Shown: piece by piece, positions 38,330 through 51,312 of the stretch
Layout of the letters: every line of letters begins with the position of its first letter
Position numbering within the stretch: the first letter of the stretch is position 1
Assembly (NCBI GenBank): GCA_002633005.1
Contig: NMRA01000193.1
Coordinates: forward strand, 66,641-130,640
DNA from: Phoronis australis
Lineage: Eukaryota; Animalia; Phoronida
DNA: 64,000 bases
Direction of reading: 5' to 3'
Translations under genes and position numbers: made by a program
Notes under the pieces: generated by a model
The model's input: the letters and a program-made list of their open reading frames with translations, nothing else
Told to the model about the DNA's origin: nothing
Databases searched by the model: none

Positions 38330-39749
38330 TATAAGATGCTACTTCATACATAACCTTAAAAGTTTGATAATTGAGTTACAAGCTGCTCAGGTGTACTGGC
38401 AGTTGGTATTTATTCATTAGATTTTAATGAATGGCCTTTATATTGCCTGCAGGGCTGTGTTTGTAGTCAGAGAGGCGTTTACAGTGATTGTGAATTACAG
38501 AGCACTTCACTCTTCCATTTTACTTGCTTCACTGCTGTTCAATTTCGGTTGCTTTAAACCACAGTTTCATCTGAAGATTCTCACTAAAGGGGTTTATGTA
38601 CATCAGAATAGATGATTAGGTCTGAGAATATCAGTCATTGTACCTGATACCTCTAATAGGAGGAAGAATGGGTTCCCCAATTATATCTTACTGTAATCAG
38701 TTCTTGCCCATGGAAAATTTTCGAGTTTGTTCTGAGCCAAAATTGTAACCATGGAATGCCTCAAGTTCTCAAAATGTGATGTAACTGGTGGCAAATCTAA
38801 ATAACCAATTCTTCTTTGGGTAATGGTCTGGGTGGCATTTGTTATAGATTTCAGTATGTAAGGTATCTCAGTCAGTGACAAACAGAGGCCTTTGCTTTTC
38901 TTCCTAGACTGACTTCTATAGATTCAATATGGGTAACATTGTTCTCATTAGTTAGGATTCAGTAAGTGCTGAAATCAGTTTTACAAAACAATTGAGGAAT
39001 GCAGGAGTGAGAAATGGCATTTGTGTGATGGTGGCATTGGGTGTGGTCATCCTATGACAACTTGCAATAGACTCATTCCCAGGAGTACTCTGATTAATGC
39101 TAGGTTCAAGCAAGTAGTGAAAATACTAGCAGATGTGCTATCTATGAAGGGGTCATTTTCACCAATGGTTTGTTATCTCATCATTTGATCCGCTTGCTAT
39201 CAAAAGTTGATGTCAAATACGTCTTCTGTCCGCAATAAATTCAACGATGTCTGTTAATTCTCCTCCATTTTAGAGAAAGTTGATTGTCTAGAATTATAGC
39301 CATTTTTGTTTTTCGAGGTCTCCTAACATTGTTGTGAATGGTAAAAAAATATGCTACCTTGTTCTGTGCATGTGTGTCCATTTAAGTATGCGGTGTGGAC
39401 GAAAGCACCAGCAAAAGTGATACTTGCAATCATTCTCATGTGAACGAGGTATTACAATACAGCTTTGTCGATGTCCCAGTTTTGATATTGTGTTCATCCT
39501 GGTCTAGCTAAAATTGCTTCATCTTTTACAATTACATGCAAATTTTTAGGCTGTAGATAAGGTATTAAACTTCAATTTATTGTTTCTTGATGACAGGTCA
39601 TGGTTTGCTCTATGGCAACCCCTTTATAGCATTGTGTGGGTAACTAATTGACTTTTCATAGAAACGTCTGGAAATATGATGGCGGGCAATAACCTTGCAG
39701 GTTTCCACTTAAGGCGTTTGCTTGTAAAATCTTAACTTTCGAGTGCGGT

Positions 39750-39977
39750 GAAAACTCACCAATTCAGGACATAGTATGACAGATTGAGATTTTATGTTAT
39801 TTTCTCATTTTGTCATACATGATTTATAGTACCAGACTGATGCTTTGCCATGTCAAAGTTCTGTTCCATAGCTAACAACCGAAAATATTTTGAAAAATTC
39901 CAGACATTCCCAACAGCACTTGAAAAATGAAAAAGGGCAATCTTGACTGTTCTTTTGTCTGAAATTGGTGAGACTGT
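39750..39977. mobile_element. Degenerate MITE (AAATTGGTGAGA family)
   Basis: AAACTCACCAATTCAGGACA ... TGTCTGAAATTGGTGAGA inverted ends; related ends occur at ~48113-48347, ~49650 and ~56925. Confidence 0.5.
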
Positions 39978-40820
39978 AAGGTGACATCAATTGACAAAAC
40001 TGTCTACTAGAGGTGGCTTGCTTTCCATAGAAAATCATTTTTTGTGGATGTACAAATACTTACAAATCATGCAATTTTGGCTTTTTAAGCGCTGCAAATT
40101 GTTGCATTGTGCCATTTTTCAATTGAATAGTCAATGTGAAGGTTTAATAAAGAGTCATGCTTCATTTCCTTTTAATTGAGTCACTGCTAAAACAAAGTAA
40201 TTTAGAAATCATCAATTTCAGTTATCAACACCAGCTTTAAATGGGCTTACTTAATGAGTATTTATATTCAGTGTGTTTACTAAATGACCTATTGATAACT
40301 CTTGACTTTGTGTTTATGCATTATCAAATGTCATCTTGCATACCAGTGTGAATTTAAATATCATTATTTCTCCTAGCTCTTAAGATTCAAGTATTTTCTT
40401 TGCTTGTCTGTTGTGGAGGGGTTGTATCGCTGGTGTCATTATCATTTTAACGTGGTTATAGACTAGCCTCCCACCAACAAAACTTACCTTTGATTTAGGC
40501 TTCTCATCATTATGAAAGGGGTCTCAAATTGTTCCTTTGTACTTGGAGGTGATTTCTGTGCTTACAAAGAACTTACAGCTCATCGTTGCTCGAGACCTGC
40601 TGTAAACAATAGTGCAAAAGCCGCAGTGTCAGTTTTTCCCAGGCCACAAACCATTTCTCATCTGTCATTTCTCAATGGTAAGTGATCTAAATATTTTTTT
40701 GAGGAACGTGTGTTTGTAGCTGCTTTAAATGCGTTAAGCGCCTGCAGGAGTCGTAAGCAGCTGTAGGTAAAACAATGCAAGCACCTTTGATGGCCTTAAG
40801 GCGAAAACAGTCTTGAGTAT

Positions 40821-41262
40821 AGCCGCTTTTACACGAGAGACAGTTGTCACCGTGTCAGTGGTCACGGCGCGACTTTCTCCACTTTAGTTGCATTTACACG
40901 GCATTAGATCATAAACTGGATCACCATGAGTCATTTACATGAAGACTGTCTGTGCATGCTCGCATAAACAATAACAAATGTCCAAACCACGAATGTCCAA
41001 ACCACATGGAATGCCAGCTGATCACCCGAATACACGCTATTGCGCAAGCGCATTGAAAGATGATCCATTTCCTCCAGGGCCCCAGTTGTGTTTAGACGTG
41101 TAGTTGACACTGGAACTTCTGACTGAGTGCAACTCGCTCTACCTATCAAACCGGTGTCAAAAACTGGTCGCCGCGTGTCAATCCTGTTTACACACACTTG
41201 CACTGGAGCAGCTGTTCCGAGTTAGCTGCGCCGGGTCGGCTGTCTCTCATGTAAATGCAGCT
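40821..41262. mobile_element. PIF/Harbinger-like MITE with 3-bp TSD
   Basis: TAT|AGCCGCTTTTACACGAGAGACAG ... CTGTCTCTCATGTAAATGCAGCT|TAT. Confidence 0.7.
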
Positions 41263-41544
41263 TATCTGAGCACCGATCTATTGAATCGCTTCGAAGGTTT
41301 CTTTCCCATTAAGGAAAATCTCAGCTATCGAAGCTTCCCTTGTATTTCCAACCAACTCCTCCTCTGAGGCAGGCGACATCTGAGTTGTCCCTAGTTTCCT
41401 GGATGAAACACAAGATGACGTAGTTGATTCACTGAATATGTGTGTCCCATGCCGCGACTTCTAATGATTACTCCCATTGGGTTGGATTTAACTTTTTTCA
41501 CTGTTGGGGAGTTGCGCAGCTCCACAGTTTTATCCATTGACACA

Positions 41545-41843
41545 GACTCATATTCTCGAGGAAACACGGTTAACGGACCGCCAAACAAGGGTCACTGACT
41601 CATCGGCTTCCTGGGTCAGCTGACATCTCCATTTTGTCCTTGACCCGTGTTTGGCGGTCCGTTAACCGTGTTTCCTCGGGAATATGAGTCCGTGTCCCGT
41701 GTATTTGGGTGCGTGGATCGTGTTTTGTGAGTCCATTCCCGTGTTTGTGAGTCAGTGGACTGTGTTTGCAGGTCTGTGAGTCGTGTTCATGTGTCCGTGC
41801 CCCGTGTTTATGAGTCCGTTGACCGTGTAGTTTAGGTACCTTG
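41545..41843. mobile_element. Truncated copy of the fold-back MITE at 43179
   Basis: Same centre (GACTCATCGGCTTCCTGGGTCAGCTGACATCT) and right arm ending GTAGTTTAGGTACCTTG; the left arm is shortened. Confidence 0.8.
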
Positions 41844-42601
41844 TTATTGCAGTAGACTAAAATGTTCTTACTGCTGTGATGAAATCTAAACACAATCACT
41901 TGTCTACCATATTGTGCGCTAAATAAGTTAAGCATATTCACTCAAAGGCGATTTTTCACCTGTCCAGGTGTCCTTTGAAGTAAGCTGTCTGGCTTCAAAA
42001 ATAAATACTTGTGAAAACACTAGCACTTTTGGGAATTCAAAACATCATTGAAAAGAACCCTTGCAACCAGCTTCAGTGTGCGTAAAGTGGTAACAATTTC
42101 TGAGCCTGTGAGGAATGTTATGCACGTATTGTAAAAAATTGCAGTACTGTATATGGTTCACATGTTCATGCAATCCCATTTGAATAGAGACAGTTGTCAC
42201 AGGTTTTGTATGACCCTAGAAAAATGTCCAGATTTGGCTAGTAAATTCATAACGTCATACCTCAGAAGTGGATGATCGTATTCATTTGAAATTTTATATG
42301 CTTTATGTACCGTTTTCCAAAACGCTGTTTGGAATTGTTTTTAAAATGTTCCACTTTTGCATTAGGGACTTTCAAAAAAGGACTTTTACATTTTTTATAT
42401 TTCACTAAATACACACACTTGTGGGCCCTAGTACTACGTCTCCTTAATATAACTTTAAAAAGTCTGGCAATGAGCCATTTTCTTCAAGCCATTCATTGTG
42501 TGATTGTTTTTGTGACGTCAATTAATTACTAAGTTTTAAATCAAATCCACAGTCAGTAATTTAAATAACTCTGTGTAGATTTGATGTGGAGATGTCTCTT
42601 A

Positions 42602-42882
42602 AGTCCTGTTTAGACATCAACTTTTGGCCCGGCGCATCTGACACGGAACAAATTGACCCGTGTCAAGCAGCCGTTTACACACACAACTCACTAACTGTAA
42701 GACGGAAATGGGTGACAAAAGTTGTCACCGCGGTCACTAACTGTGGCAAGACGGAAATGGGCCCCGGTGGCAAAAGTTGCCGCTCTGGTGTCAATTTGTT
42801 CCGTGACAATGCAGTTTACACACTGGAACAACTCGTTCCGTGTCAGTTGATCCGTGTCAACTTTTGTAGTGTAAACGGCACT
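42602..42882. mobile_element. PIF/Harbinger-like MITE, TTA TSD
   Basis: TTA|AGTCCTGTTTAGACA ... AGTGTAAACGGCACT|TTA. Confidence 0.65.
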
Positions 42883-42906
42883 TTAGTTGAGTGTTTACAC
42901 GAGTAC

Positions 42907-43072
42907 TTCCACTGAATGGACCAGAGTCCTTCCTCTAAATGGACCAGAGTCCTTCCACTGAATGGACCAGAGTCCTTCCTCTGAATGGACCAGAGTCCTT
43001 CCTCTGAATGGACCAGAGTCCTAATTCCTCTGAATGGACCAGAGTCCTTCCTCTGAATGGACCAGAGTCCTT
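42907..43072 (+). repeat. 23-bp minisatellite, about 7 copies
   Basis: Unit TTCCWCTGAATGGACCAGAGTCC, directly tandem with no spacers. Confidence 0.92.
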
Positions 43073-43178
43073 CTTTGTTGTGGGAGTGAGGTCAAGGTTT
43101 GTAGATAGCTCACCGGCAAGGCATTCTATAAGTAGACAACCTAGGTTCTCGCCACATGAGGTGACTGGAAAACAACTT

Positions 43179-43555
43179 CAAGGTACCTAAACTACATGGT
43201 CAACGGACTCATAAACATGGGCACGGACGCATGAACACGACTCACGGACCTGCAAACACCGTCCACTGACTCACAAACACGGGAACGGACTCACAAAACA
43301 CGATCCACGCACCCAAATACATGGGACACGAACTCATATTCACGAGGAAACACGGTTAACGGATCGCCTAACACGGGTCACGGACTCATCGGCTTCCTGG
43401 GTCAGCTGACATCTTCATTTTGTCCGTGACCCGTGTTTGGCGGTCCGTTAACCGTGTTTCCTTGTGAATATGAGTCCGTGTCCCGTGTATTTGGGTGCGT
43501 GCAGGTCCGTGAGTCGTGTTTATGAGTCCGTTGACTGTGTAGTTTAGGTACCTTG
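43179..43555. mobile_element. Fold-back MITE with ~21-bp subrepeats and 5-bp TSD AACTT
   Basis: AACTT|CAAGGTACCTAAACTACA ... TGTAGTTTAGGTACCTTG|AACTT; arms are built from ACGGACTCAyAAACAC-like units. Confidence 0.85.
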
Positions 43556-46500
43556 AACTTGGTTTCAAGTTTATGTATGTCTGTAATGGCTATGTTCCTG
43601 TACTGTCTTTAGCTTTAGTCTGTGTTTGATGACAGCAGCTTGTGTCTGATGATAGAGTACTTAGGCGATGACCAAGGCAGGGATTTGGTGAGATCTGTAC
43701 CTTTGATCCCAACGTCTATGTGTTTATACGTTTATAAAGTATAGAAAAGTCTGGGTCAATGTAATGTTTACTACTTATGTAGATTTCAGAGCTGTTCGTC
43801 ACTGGAAATGTTAAAAAGTTTATGTAGTGTTGTTTCGTAGCAGCTACTCCATACAAACTATACTAACATCGAAGTAACCTAAATTCTATATAAGTTGTTT
43901 TTATTTAGAAATTTGACTTAATGATCTTTCACTTATCTACCACGTTATGTCCCAAACTGATTGGAAGTTTTAGTTATGAAATCCAGGGCTGTGCATTTGA
44001 ACTGTGGCTGATTTGTCGCACAATCTCTCCCTAAATCATCTGTATTTTTTGACTTTTGGTAAATGTGATGGGTCATATACGTAAGAGCTAGTATACGCAT
44101 TAAGTGTTGACTTAAGGCATGAATGAACTGAGCTGAGAGTTTGCTTTTTGTGAAATTTTGAAGAGAAATATGTTCACACAGATATCAATAAACACAAGCA
44201 TGCAACTGTGTTTACATTGAAATTTACATCGGCAGAACAACCTTTGTGAAACACATTTATCCGTTTGTTCACGAAGAGTTGTGTAGTGCATCTTTTTTAC
44301 TGTTTGTCTCGCGCTTCGTCAAGATTTCACATTCTAGGCATTCTTGACCTAGACTGCATGATTAGCCAATCAATATTTGAATATCATAAGGTCCACTTTG
44401 ATAGGGAATTGAGTGTAGTTTTAAAATCTCATTTACTTTGACTTTGATAAGGTGTTGTTCAAGCAAGAACATAAGAAACAATCCAGTCTTTCCGTAAGTG
44501 ATGTTTTCTTCTTTCTTTGTGTCTTTTGGTCGTACCGGTATAATGAGTCTCCAGTGTTGGCAATACCTGTTCTACTCATCTATGGGGTACTGTACTGTAA
44601 TATACCATTTACACTACACCCGGCCCTTGACACCCCTTGACTGACTGGTAGAGATCCTTGTTTACGGAAAGTGAATGGAAGTAATGGAATCTGACCTGTT
44701 CCACGGAATTAAAGATAATAATTTACACACTACACAGGCACCATACTGCTAATATTTTTGTTTTGAATTACTTAAAATTAAGAATGTAATCCATGAAATT
44801 TGACAATTTTGGCTACAAATCTATCAGTGATTGTTTCACATGAACATGTAGTTGTTCATTCTTACTGAAGGTGGTGTTGTATTTTTATTGGTATGGCATG
44901 ATGCAGCAAAAACTTATTCTTCTTCTGTTTTATCGTTTTGAATCAGTAAAATAAAATTTGCTATCTTACAAAACGGTCTAAAAAGAGAAGTTTATACTTG
45001 CTAAAATGGATTTATCTGTTGGTAAAAACGGAAAACCAGGGTCTCTAGTTGCCACACAAACTGACAGTGTGCAACTGTAGGTGGAAATTGACATCCTGTC
45101 TGTTCATGGTATCAACATGCCACCCAATTTTGAGGTAGTGCAAGTTCTGTTGGACCATCTTGCTCCATGTCTGAACTTGGACAAGTAGGAAGTAATTATC
45201 TCAATTATGCTCAAGTCTGTACTGTTCAAAAGTAGACCCAAATTTGATGCTGTTCCTGCAACTAGTATTTTCTAGGTTGGCTGTGAACAATACCATATCA
45301 TATCTACTTTCATTTGTGACCTTCAGACAAAGCTGTGGCTTTCTGTATGTGAAGGGCATTGACTTGTTCATAAACCAGCAGGGTGGGGGGGAGGAATGTT
45401 TATTAAGTGCAATTTGTTATTTGGCAACATTATATAAAAGATTCTTAAAAACAATTTACAAGTTTTATTGATGTTTGTGTAGCTTCTCCTACAAGCCATG
45501 CTAGTTGTAGACTAAAATCTTCTTAATCTTTATTTCTGTGGAGAATTTTGACAAAATAGAAGACTAACGGTAGGTTTTGTTGTACATACTGGTAAAGAGG
45601 CTTATGGCATGGTAGCTACCTAAGTCTACAGCCCAGGACCAACCTGTTGACTTCAGAACACACTGTATCAACAGATTGTGGTTTGTTGCCCATCTGCTAA
45701 TGATATCACCAGTCAGTGTGGCAAACTCAAAAACATTCTAAAATTTCAAACATGTTTTTGTAGGATATCAATTCTGAACAATTAATTATAATACTGACAA
45801 TGGTTTAACTAATGAAGACAAAAAAGGAAGGAAATGAATTGTGTGTAGTGCTGTAACTTAAATGTATGCGAAAATTCATTACCTTGTGCCTAATTTTACA
45901 AATTTCCTAGCTTTTATCGTTTTGATTTGTTGCCATCTGCTGGCCCAACTTGACTTGTGGTTCAACTGAATCAGTGTCATGTGTTGGGGAGCAAAATTGG
46001 GCTTTTATGAGTAGCTATTCCTAGAAACTTGATTGGTATGGCTGTGTCAGACCTGTACATGGACACAGCTGATGTTTGTGTTGTAAACTGGGTATTATGT
46101 GTAAGACAGTGAGAGACCTGCTGAGACTTGGGGTGTATGATAGGACATTCACATTACTGAACTCTTGCTGTGATAAATGCAGGGCTTTGAGCTTGTTAGA
46201 GATTAGACCTGGGTGAAGAAGGAACAGGTCTTGTATCTTGGTCATAATCTGTTGTTTTCTAGCCTGTGAACATGATGAATTGGTCTAATTGATGGGCATG
46301 TTGTGAACTTTGAAGCAAGTCAAAGGTTGGGTGTTGTTTGTGTGTATAGGTGATATTGTTTTTAGTCTAGATTAGAAGGGCTTAACTATGTAGATGTGTT
46401 TTGATCCCAGGCACATCATTGTAAATTCCTGGATAATCCTATCAGTAGTATAATATCTACTTCATTATCTGGGTTGTAATACCCGCAGTATTTATTACCA

Positions 46501-48974
46501 TAGCACTTCTATTGTCCTTATGCCTTGTTTCTGCGTATCTGTTTTGAAACAGTCTAGACTACCATCTTGATTATCATACTAATTGGATGTTTACACAGCC
46601 AATCACATGATTTATCTCTCCATTCTGACACTCCAGTGGAATTGAACTTCATTGATGATTTTAGAATCTCCTGTGAAGAACACCTGGTCATCTATTTACA
46701 TGTATGTACCTAAGTTGTTTGCCTGCAAATTGGAGTGTGTTTGAATTTCGATACCTCTGTCTGTGCAAGGTGTACAGTCATGCAGCATTTTTCGAATTCC
46801 CCTTGAAGGTGGAAGGTATTTTTACACCACAGGATAAGAAAAGTGTTTGTTATTAATAGGTCTTAAATTGTTCAGGTCAGTGAGCTCAGACTGTCTCTGA
46901 GGGCTGGAGAGGACTAAAAACACAAAAAAGTGGATTTATTGCCATCAAGTGACTGTCTTTTGTTGAGCCAGATGACACAGGTCATCCCCGGTTGACCCCG
47001 TTGTGTGTGACAACGCTCTGCCCATTGTGTGAATTTGACGTAAAATGTCACTTTCTTGCTGGTGGTTAGATGAATTTTTCTATCCAAAGGTGTTAATCTT
47101 AGATTGGATTGACGTTTTTTGTTCAGGTTACCGCAGGTAGGTTCATAGTCCTCGCTGTGTTAAAATGTGGCACCCCTGAGAACCATGGTGATACGACTGT
47201 TATCTGCTGTCTTATGCCGTGCCAATTCTAACTAGTCCGTTGAACTGTTTACCAAGTGTAGAATCTTTGGTTGAGAGGGTGTAGTATTGAATGTGACCGA
47301 GTTTGTTCAGGTTTATGGTACGCCATCTTATTTGATATTTATCTCTAAGTTTTGGCTAAGCTTGATTTTTCTTTCATCCTCACTAACTTTATGGTAACCA
47401 TTGCTAATGAGGATGATAAACTACTTGTATTAACAAATCAACAGCTCGTTGCTAGAGTACTTTGTTGCATGTTTTAATCTAACTATTCACCTGTTGGCAA
47501 CAGTCACTTATATGGGTCTTCGATTTTGAGAACCAGTTTGATGTCAGTGGAGAAAACTATCCTAGTTCTATGGTGCTCCTGTAGGTAACTATGTACCCAT
47601 GTGCCACAAAACTTAATTTTTAAATTTTAAGTGAACTGTTGGTGACTCCTGGTGTTGCTATTTCACCTCTACCTTAGTTCATCAGCAAGTTGCCGTCTGT
47701 GTGACAGCTCAAATCCTCAAGACTTTAACTGTCATCGCTGCTTTCAAAATAGGTCATTAATGTCCCCCCCCCCGAAAGTCTCCTTTTGCCAGACTATTCT
47801 CATGTAAATGAGTATGGTAATATGTCATTGTTACCCTAATGAAACCGATTTTATTATTTACACTATCAAATAACAATTGCGAAAATATTTGGAAATACTA
47901 GGGTTTTTTGTATGTTCACACTTGTTTTTCAGTGTATCAGTTATGGCGTTTTATGCAAAAACCACAATTTATTCACAAATTATTTCTTTTCCCAATTATA
48001 CTTGTACACATAATTCTCCAGGAAGTCACAAGATGGCGCTTGCTACAAATTTAAATGTTCACGGTTTTAATGAGATGTAGGATCTGCGTAATATTCCTTT
48101 GATGTTGTTTTATGTCAGAATGTCACAAATTTAGGACACATGGCGGACAAGCGAGTTTCTTTGTTTATTTTTCATTAAATATAAATCGTCACAAAATAAA
48201 GGCTTTATCAGCCTCAAGAAGTTCTATGCAATAACTGTAGGTGCCATTGGACAATATTTTGTCTTTCATATTAATGTTAGAAGCCTTTGAAAAATAAGAA
48301 TATATCAGTTTTGACAATGTTGTCTGAAATTGGTGAGATTTTGTCACCAGATAACTCTTGTGTCACTGAAGGTCAAGAATCCTGGGGAAGATGAAGGGAG
48401 TTGTGATTGAGTTTGGACAGACTAGTTTTTCTTTTGGTAAAGTGTCATTGAAAATGACCATTAAATCCCCTTCTTCGCCTTCATTCAGCTAACTGGTCCC
48501 CAGAGAAGTGGTACTAGACACTGAGTAAGTTGTTAATTGAAGAAAATGGTTGTAATCATAACATGCGTTGGCCTGATAGCTAGATCATGTAAAAGCGTGG
48601 TTGAACCTCTGTTGGAATTGTCATTCTACTTTTGTGAATCATCCTGGGATATCTGGTTTTGATTTTTGAGTAAGGTTGTTTTTCACTCATCAAACCAGAC
48701 ATATGATTTATACTATGAAGTTTTTATACGATGTGTGATGAAGTTTTCATGATTTACAGCAAGGTAATTAGCATTTGAAAAATAGAATAAAAGGACAATT
48801 TTTGCAGTTATTTTTATACGAAGTAAGTGAAGAGTTACTTCACTCAAAAATTTCAAAATTATTGTCCTGTTCCATACTTCAAGGCTGAATGTGTAAATAA
48901 TCTAACAGTTGTTTTATGACATCTGCAGAAGATGCCTACTACTAAGTCTGATTGGATTTCAGTGTTTGACCGCA

Positions 48975-49050
48975 GGTCCCGATGGTTCAGTGGACTAGAG
49001 CGTCTGCACGGTTAGTAGAAGGTCTGGGGTTCAAGTCCTGGCCGGAGGCA
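48975..49050 (+). mobile_element. tRNA-derived SINE head or tRNA pseudogene
   Basis: A box TGGTTCAGTGG, B box GGTTCAAGTCC and an anticodon-like stem TCTGC/GTAGA, but the acceptor stem does not pair and U33 is missing. Confidence 0.65.
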
Positions 49051-50313
49051 GAAGTGGCCAACAGATGGCGTGCTGGCCAGACTTAAAAACGTTTGCGATA
49101 TTTTTCCACGCCATATTGTAATTACATATTTATATAAATTGCATAACTGTTGGGAAATAATTGAATTTGATAGCAAATAGTGCTTTCTTATGAACCAGTC
49201 CACTAAAATGAATGTTGACAAAAATCTGGGAGTGGCAAGTAAAAGTTGTTCGCGTTTGTTGTCAGTCATTGGCACTGATATTACACTAATTAAGTCTCCC
49301 TGTAATTTCCTCATTTAACTCCTGGTTTCCTTGGTTACATCGGTAAGTAAATACCTTGTCATGGCAACTGTTGAAAAGGGTTATCCTGCGTACTTGTGCA
49401 ATGAGTTGAGACGAAGGCTGATAACTAAGGTAAATCCCTGTTGTCCTAAATACTGGCAGTATGAGCTGGGAGTTTTCCTTAAATTTCAGTCAAAAATATG
49501 TAAGCAAATTTCTGGTGATTTAGGTACAACATTTTTAGAAACTCTTATTTTTTCTGAATTATATGATTCATAATGCTTGTTTTTCATGCTTGTTAGAACT
49601 TTATATTCACAGAAAATATTTTGAATTGTGGGCATTCACAACATTGTCTAAAAATTGGTGAGATTTTACTGTAATTTAGCCTAAAACCTCCATTTTACTT
49701 TAATTGGATGTATGTTTGCAAAGTCTAACCTTGTTCGTTGCTGGTCTTGTCAGTGTTATGGTGAAGCAGTACACATGAAAGTTGACCATATTTGCTCCTG
49801 CTAGCTGAGAATGAATTGTAAAAGATTCAGAAGATATATTTTTATTGGGTCAAAAGATGTTTTCAGAATAATCTGCTTATGTTCAACTTTGTTCTTTGCT
49901 TCCTTAGTGTTTACTCTGGTATCTGCATAGAGCTTTGTTTATTATGAACTTCACCTGTAGCTATATTGTGTCATTGACTCCAAACCATGGTTAAATTTGT
50001 GGAGTATGGGGTGCAACTGTAGTCATTGAACCCAGACCTTTATGCAGTGTATGTCCATTTGGACGCCCTAGCACTAATCTGGATGCCCTGGCAAGGCTGC
50101 CCAATGTATCATTTGGATGCCCACTGTCAATAGGAACCTTTCAAGTTTGGACTCACACATTGTAATACTAGGAAGCCTCTGAAGGCTCACAGTGGGGGCT
50201 CTTTTTTCAAAGCAGGAAGAAATATACAATGCATATACAAAGAATATACATACAAAGTATGTACATTGTTGCTATGCTCACACTTGGTTGATAGCATTGT
50301 AAAAGTCTTGGTC

Positions 50314-51312
50314 CATAGGCGGATTTAGGGGGGGGGCCCAGGCCCCCCCCTTGGCTGCCGCAAAAAAATAAAACAGTAAGAGCGTAGGGAAATGGTGAGT
50401 TTATTAATTAACCCCTTTAATTAAAATTATATGGATGAAGAAAGATTTAAATGTGTGCAGTTTTAGTGTTTGTGGGGGGGCTCAAATCCAATTTCAAGTG
50501 TCAAATTAGGAACACGGCGCATTCGTAACGGAACTATGGCTAAGTATAGGCTCTCCCGCGATATCCCAGGCGACCGGCAGTGGCGCTGCGCACTACGACT
50601 CCGTTTCCGTCGACTGCTCCACTGTGCAATGAAGAAAATTTCAATTTTTAAAGAAAATGGAACCTGAGTGACGATGAAAAAACAGAAGCTGCTGGTAAGA
50701 TGTGGATTTTAATCGAAGCCTTAGTGAATCACTCAGAAACTCGCAATACTCTCTTTGTCAAACCTTATCTTGAGAAGATTTCCAAAGCAATCCCGTCATT
50801 ATTGCCAACGCGAAAAATGGATTTGGTCTTTTGGGCATTTGAAGACTATTTCAAATACGACAAATTTGTTAAGAATTGATGGCACAAAATATAAAACATG
50901 TAATAAGCATTACAAAAAGAAGTAGGTTTCGTGCGCAAACGCTGTGGCCCATAAACAAGTAAGTCTTTTAGTATGAGATTAGTTGTTAAGTCGTGATGAT
51001 GTAGTGGTAATGCACGCGCGCTCTATCCGTCAGGTCGTGAATTCGAGTCTTTGGTACTTGCAGTTTTTCCTGTTTGACATGTTCTCCGTGTTTTTTTTTG
51101 CCTTTTTTTCTTGGATAATACTTCAGGAATCAAGGAAAATGCTTGATTTTTAGAGGTAAAAACAGAAAAATTTCCTGGGTGGTAAACCCCCTCCCGACCT
51201 CTCCCCATTCGGTGCTATCCGCATCTACATTCGTGGTTCAGTTTGCGCAAATGCTTCCAGCTGGACAAAATGTTGAGCCCCCCCCCCTTGTGATATCCTA
51301 GATCCGCCTCTG
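50314..51312. mobile_element. ~1-kb non-autonomous DNA transposon, 5-bp TSD TGGTC (hAT5-like by inference)
   Basis: TGGTC|CATAGGCGGATTTAGG ... CCTAGATCCGCCTCTG|TGGTC; contains a tRNA-like segment at ~50990-51060. Confidence 0.8.

Noticed and set aside
41600-41941. His/Thr-rich repetitive ORFs (also 43386-43568) as protein genes
   Set aside because: They are translations of the ~21-bp subrepeats of a fold-back MITE.
42907-43072. 23-bp repeats as a CRISPR array
   Set aside because: The units are directly tandem with no unique spacers, there are no cas genes, and the context is eukaryotic. The same applies to the 35-bp repeat at 35947.
45930-46700. Possible decayed LINE reverse-transcriptase sequence (similar impressions at ~38640-39130 and ~54400-55100)
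   Set aside because: Only vague resemblance by eye; no diagnostic motif could be reconstructed without a TBLASTX or Dfam search.
48975-49050. Functional tRNA gene
   Set aside because: The acceptor stem does not pair, the anticodon loop lacks U33, and a diverged second copy at ~37311 indicates a SINE.
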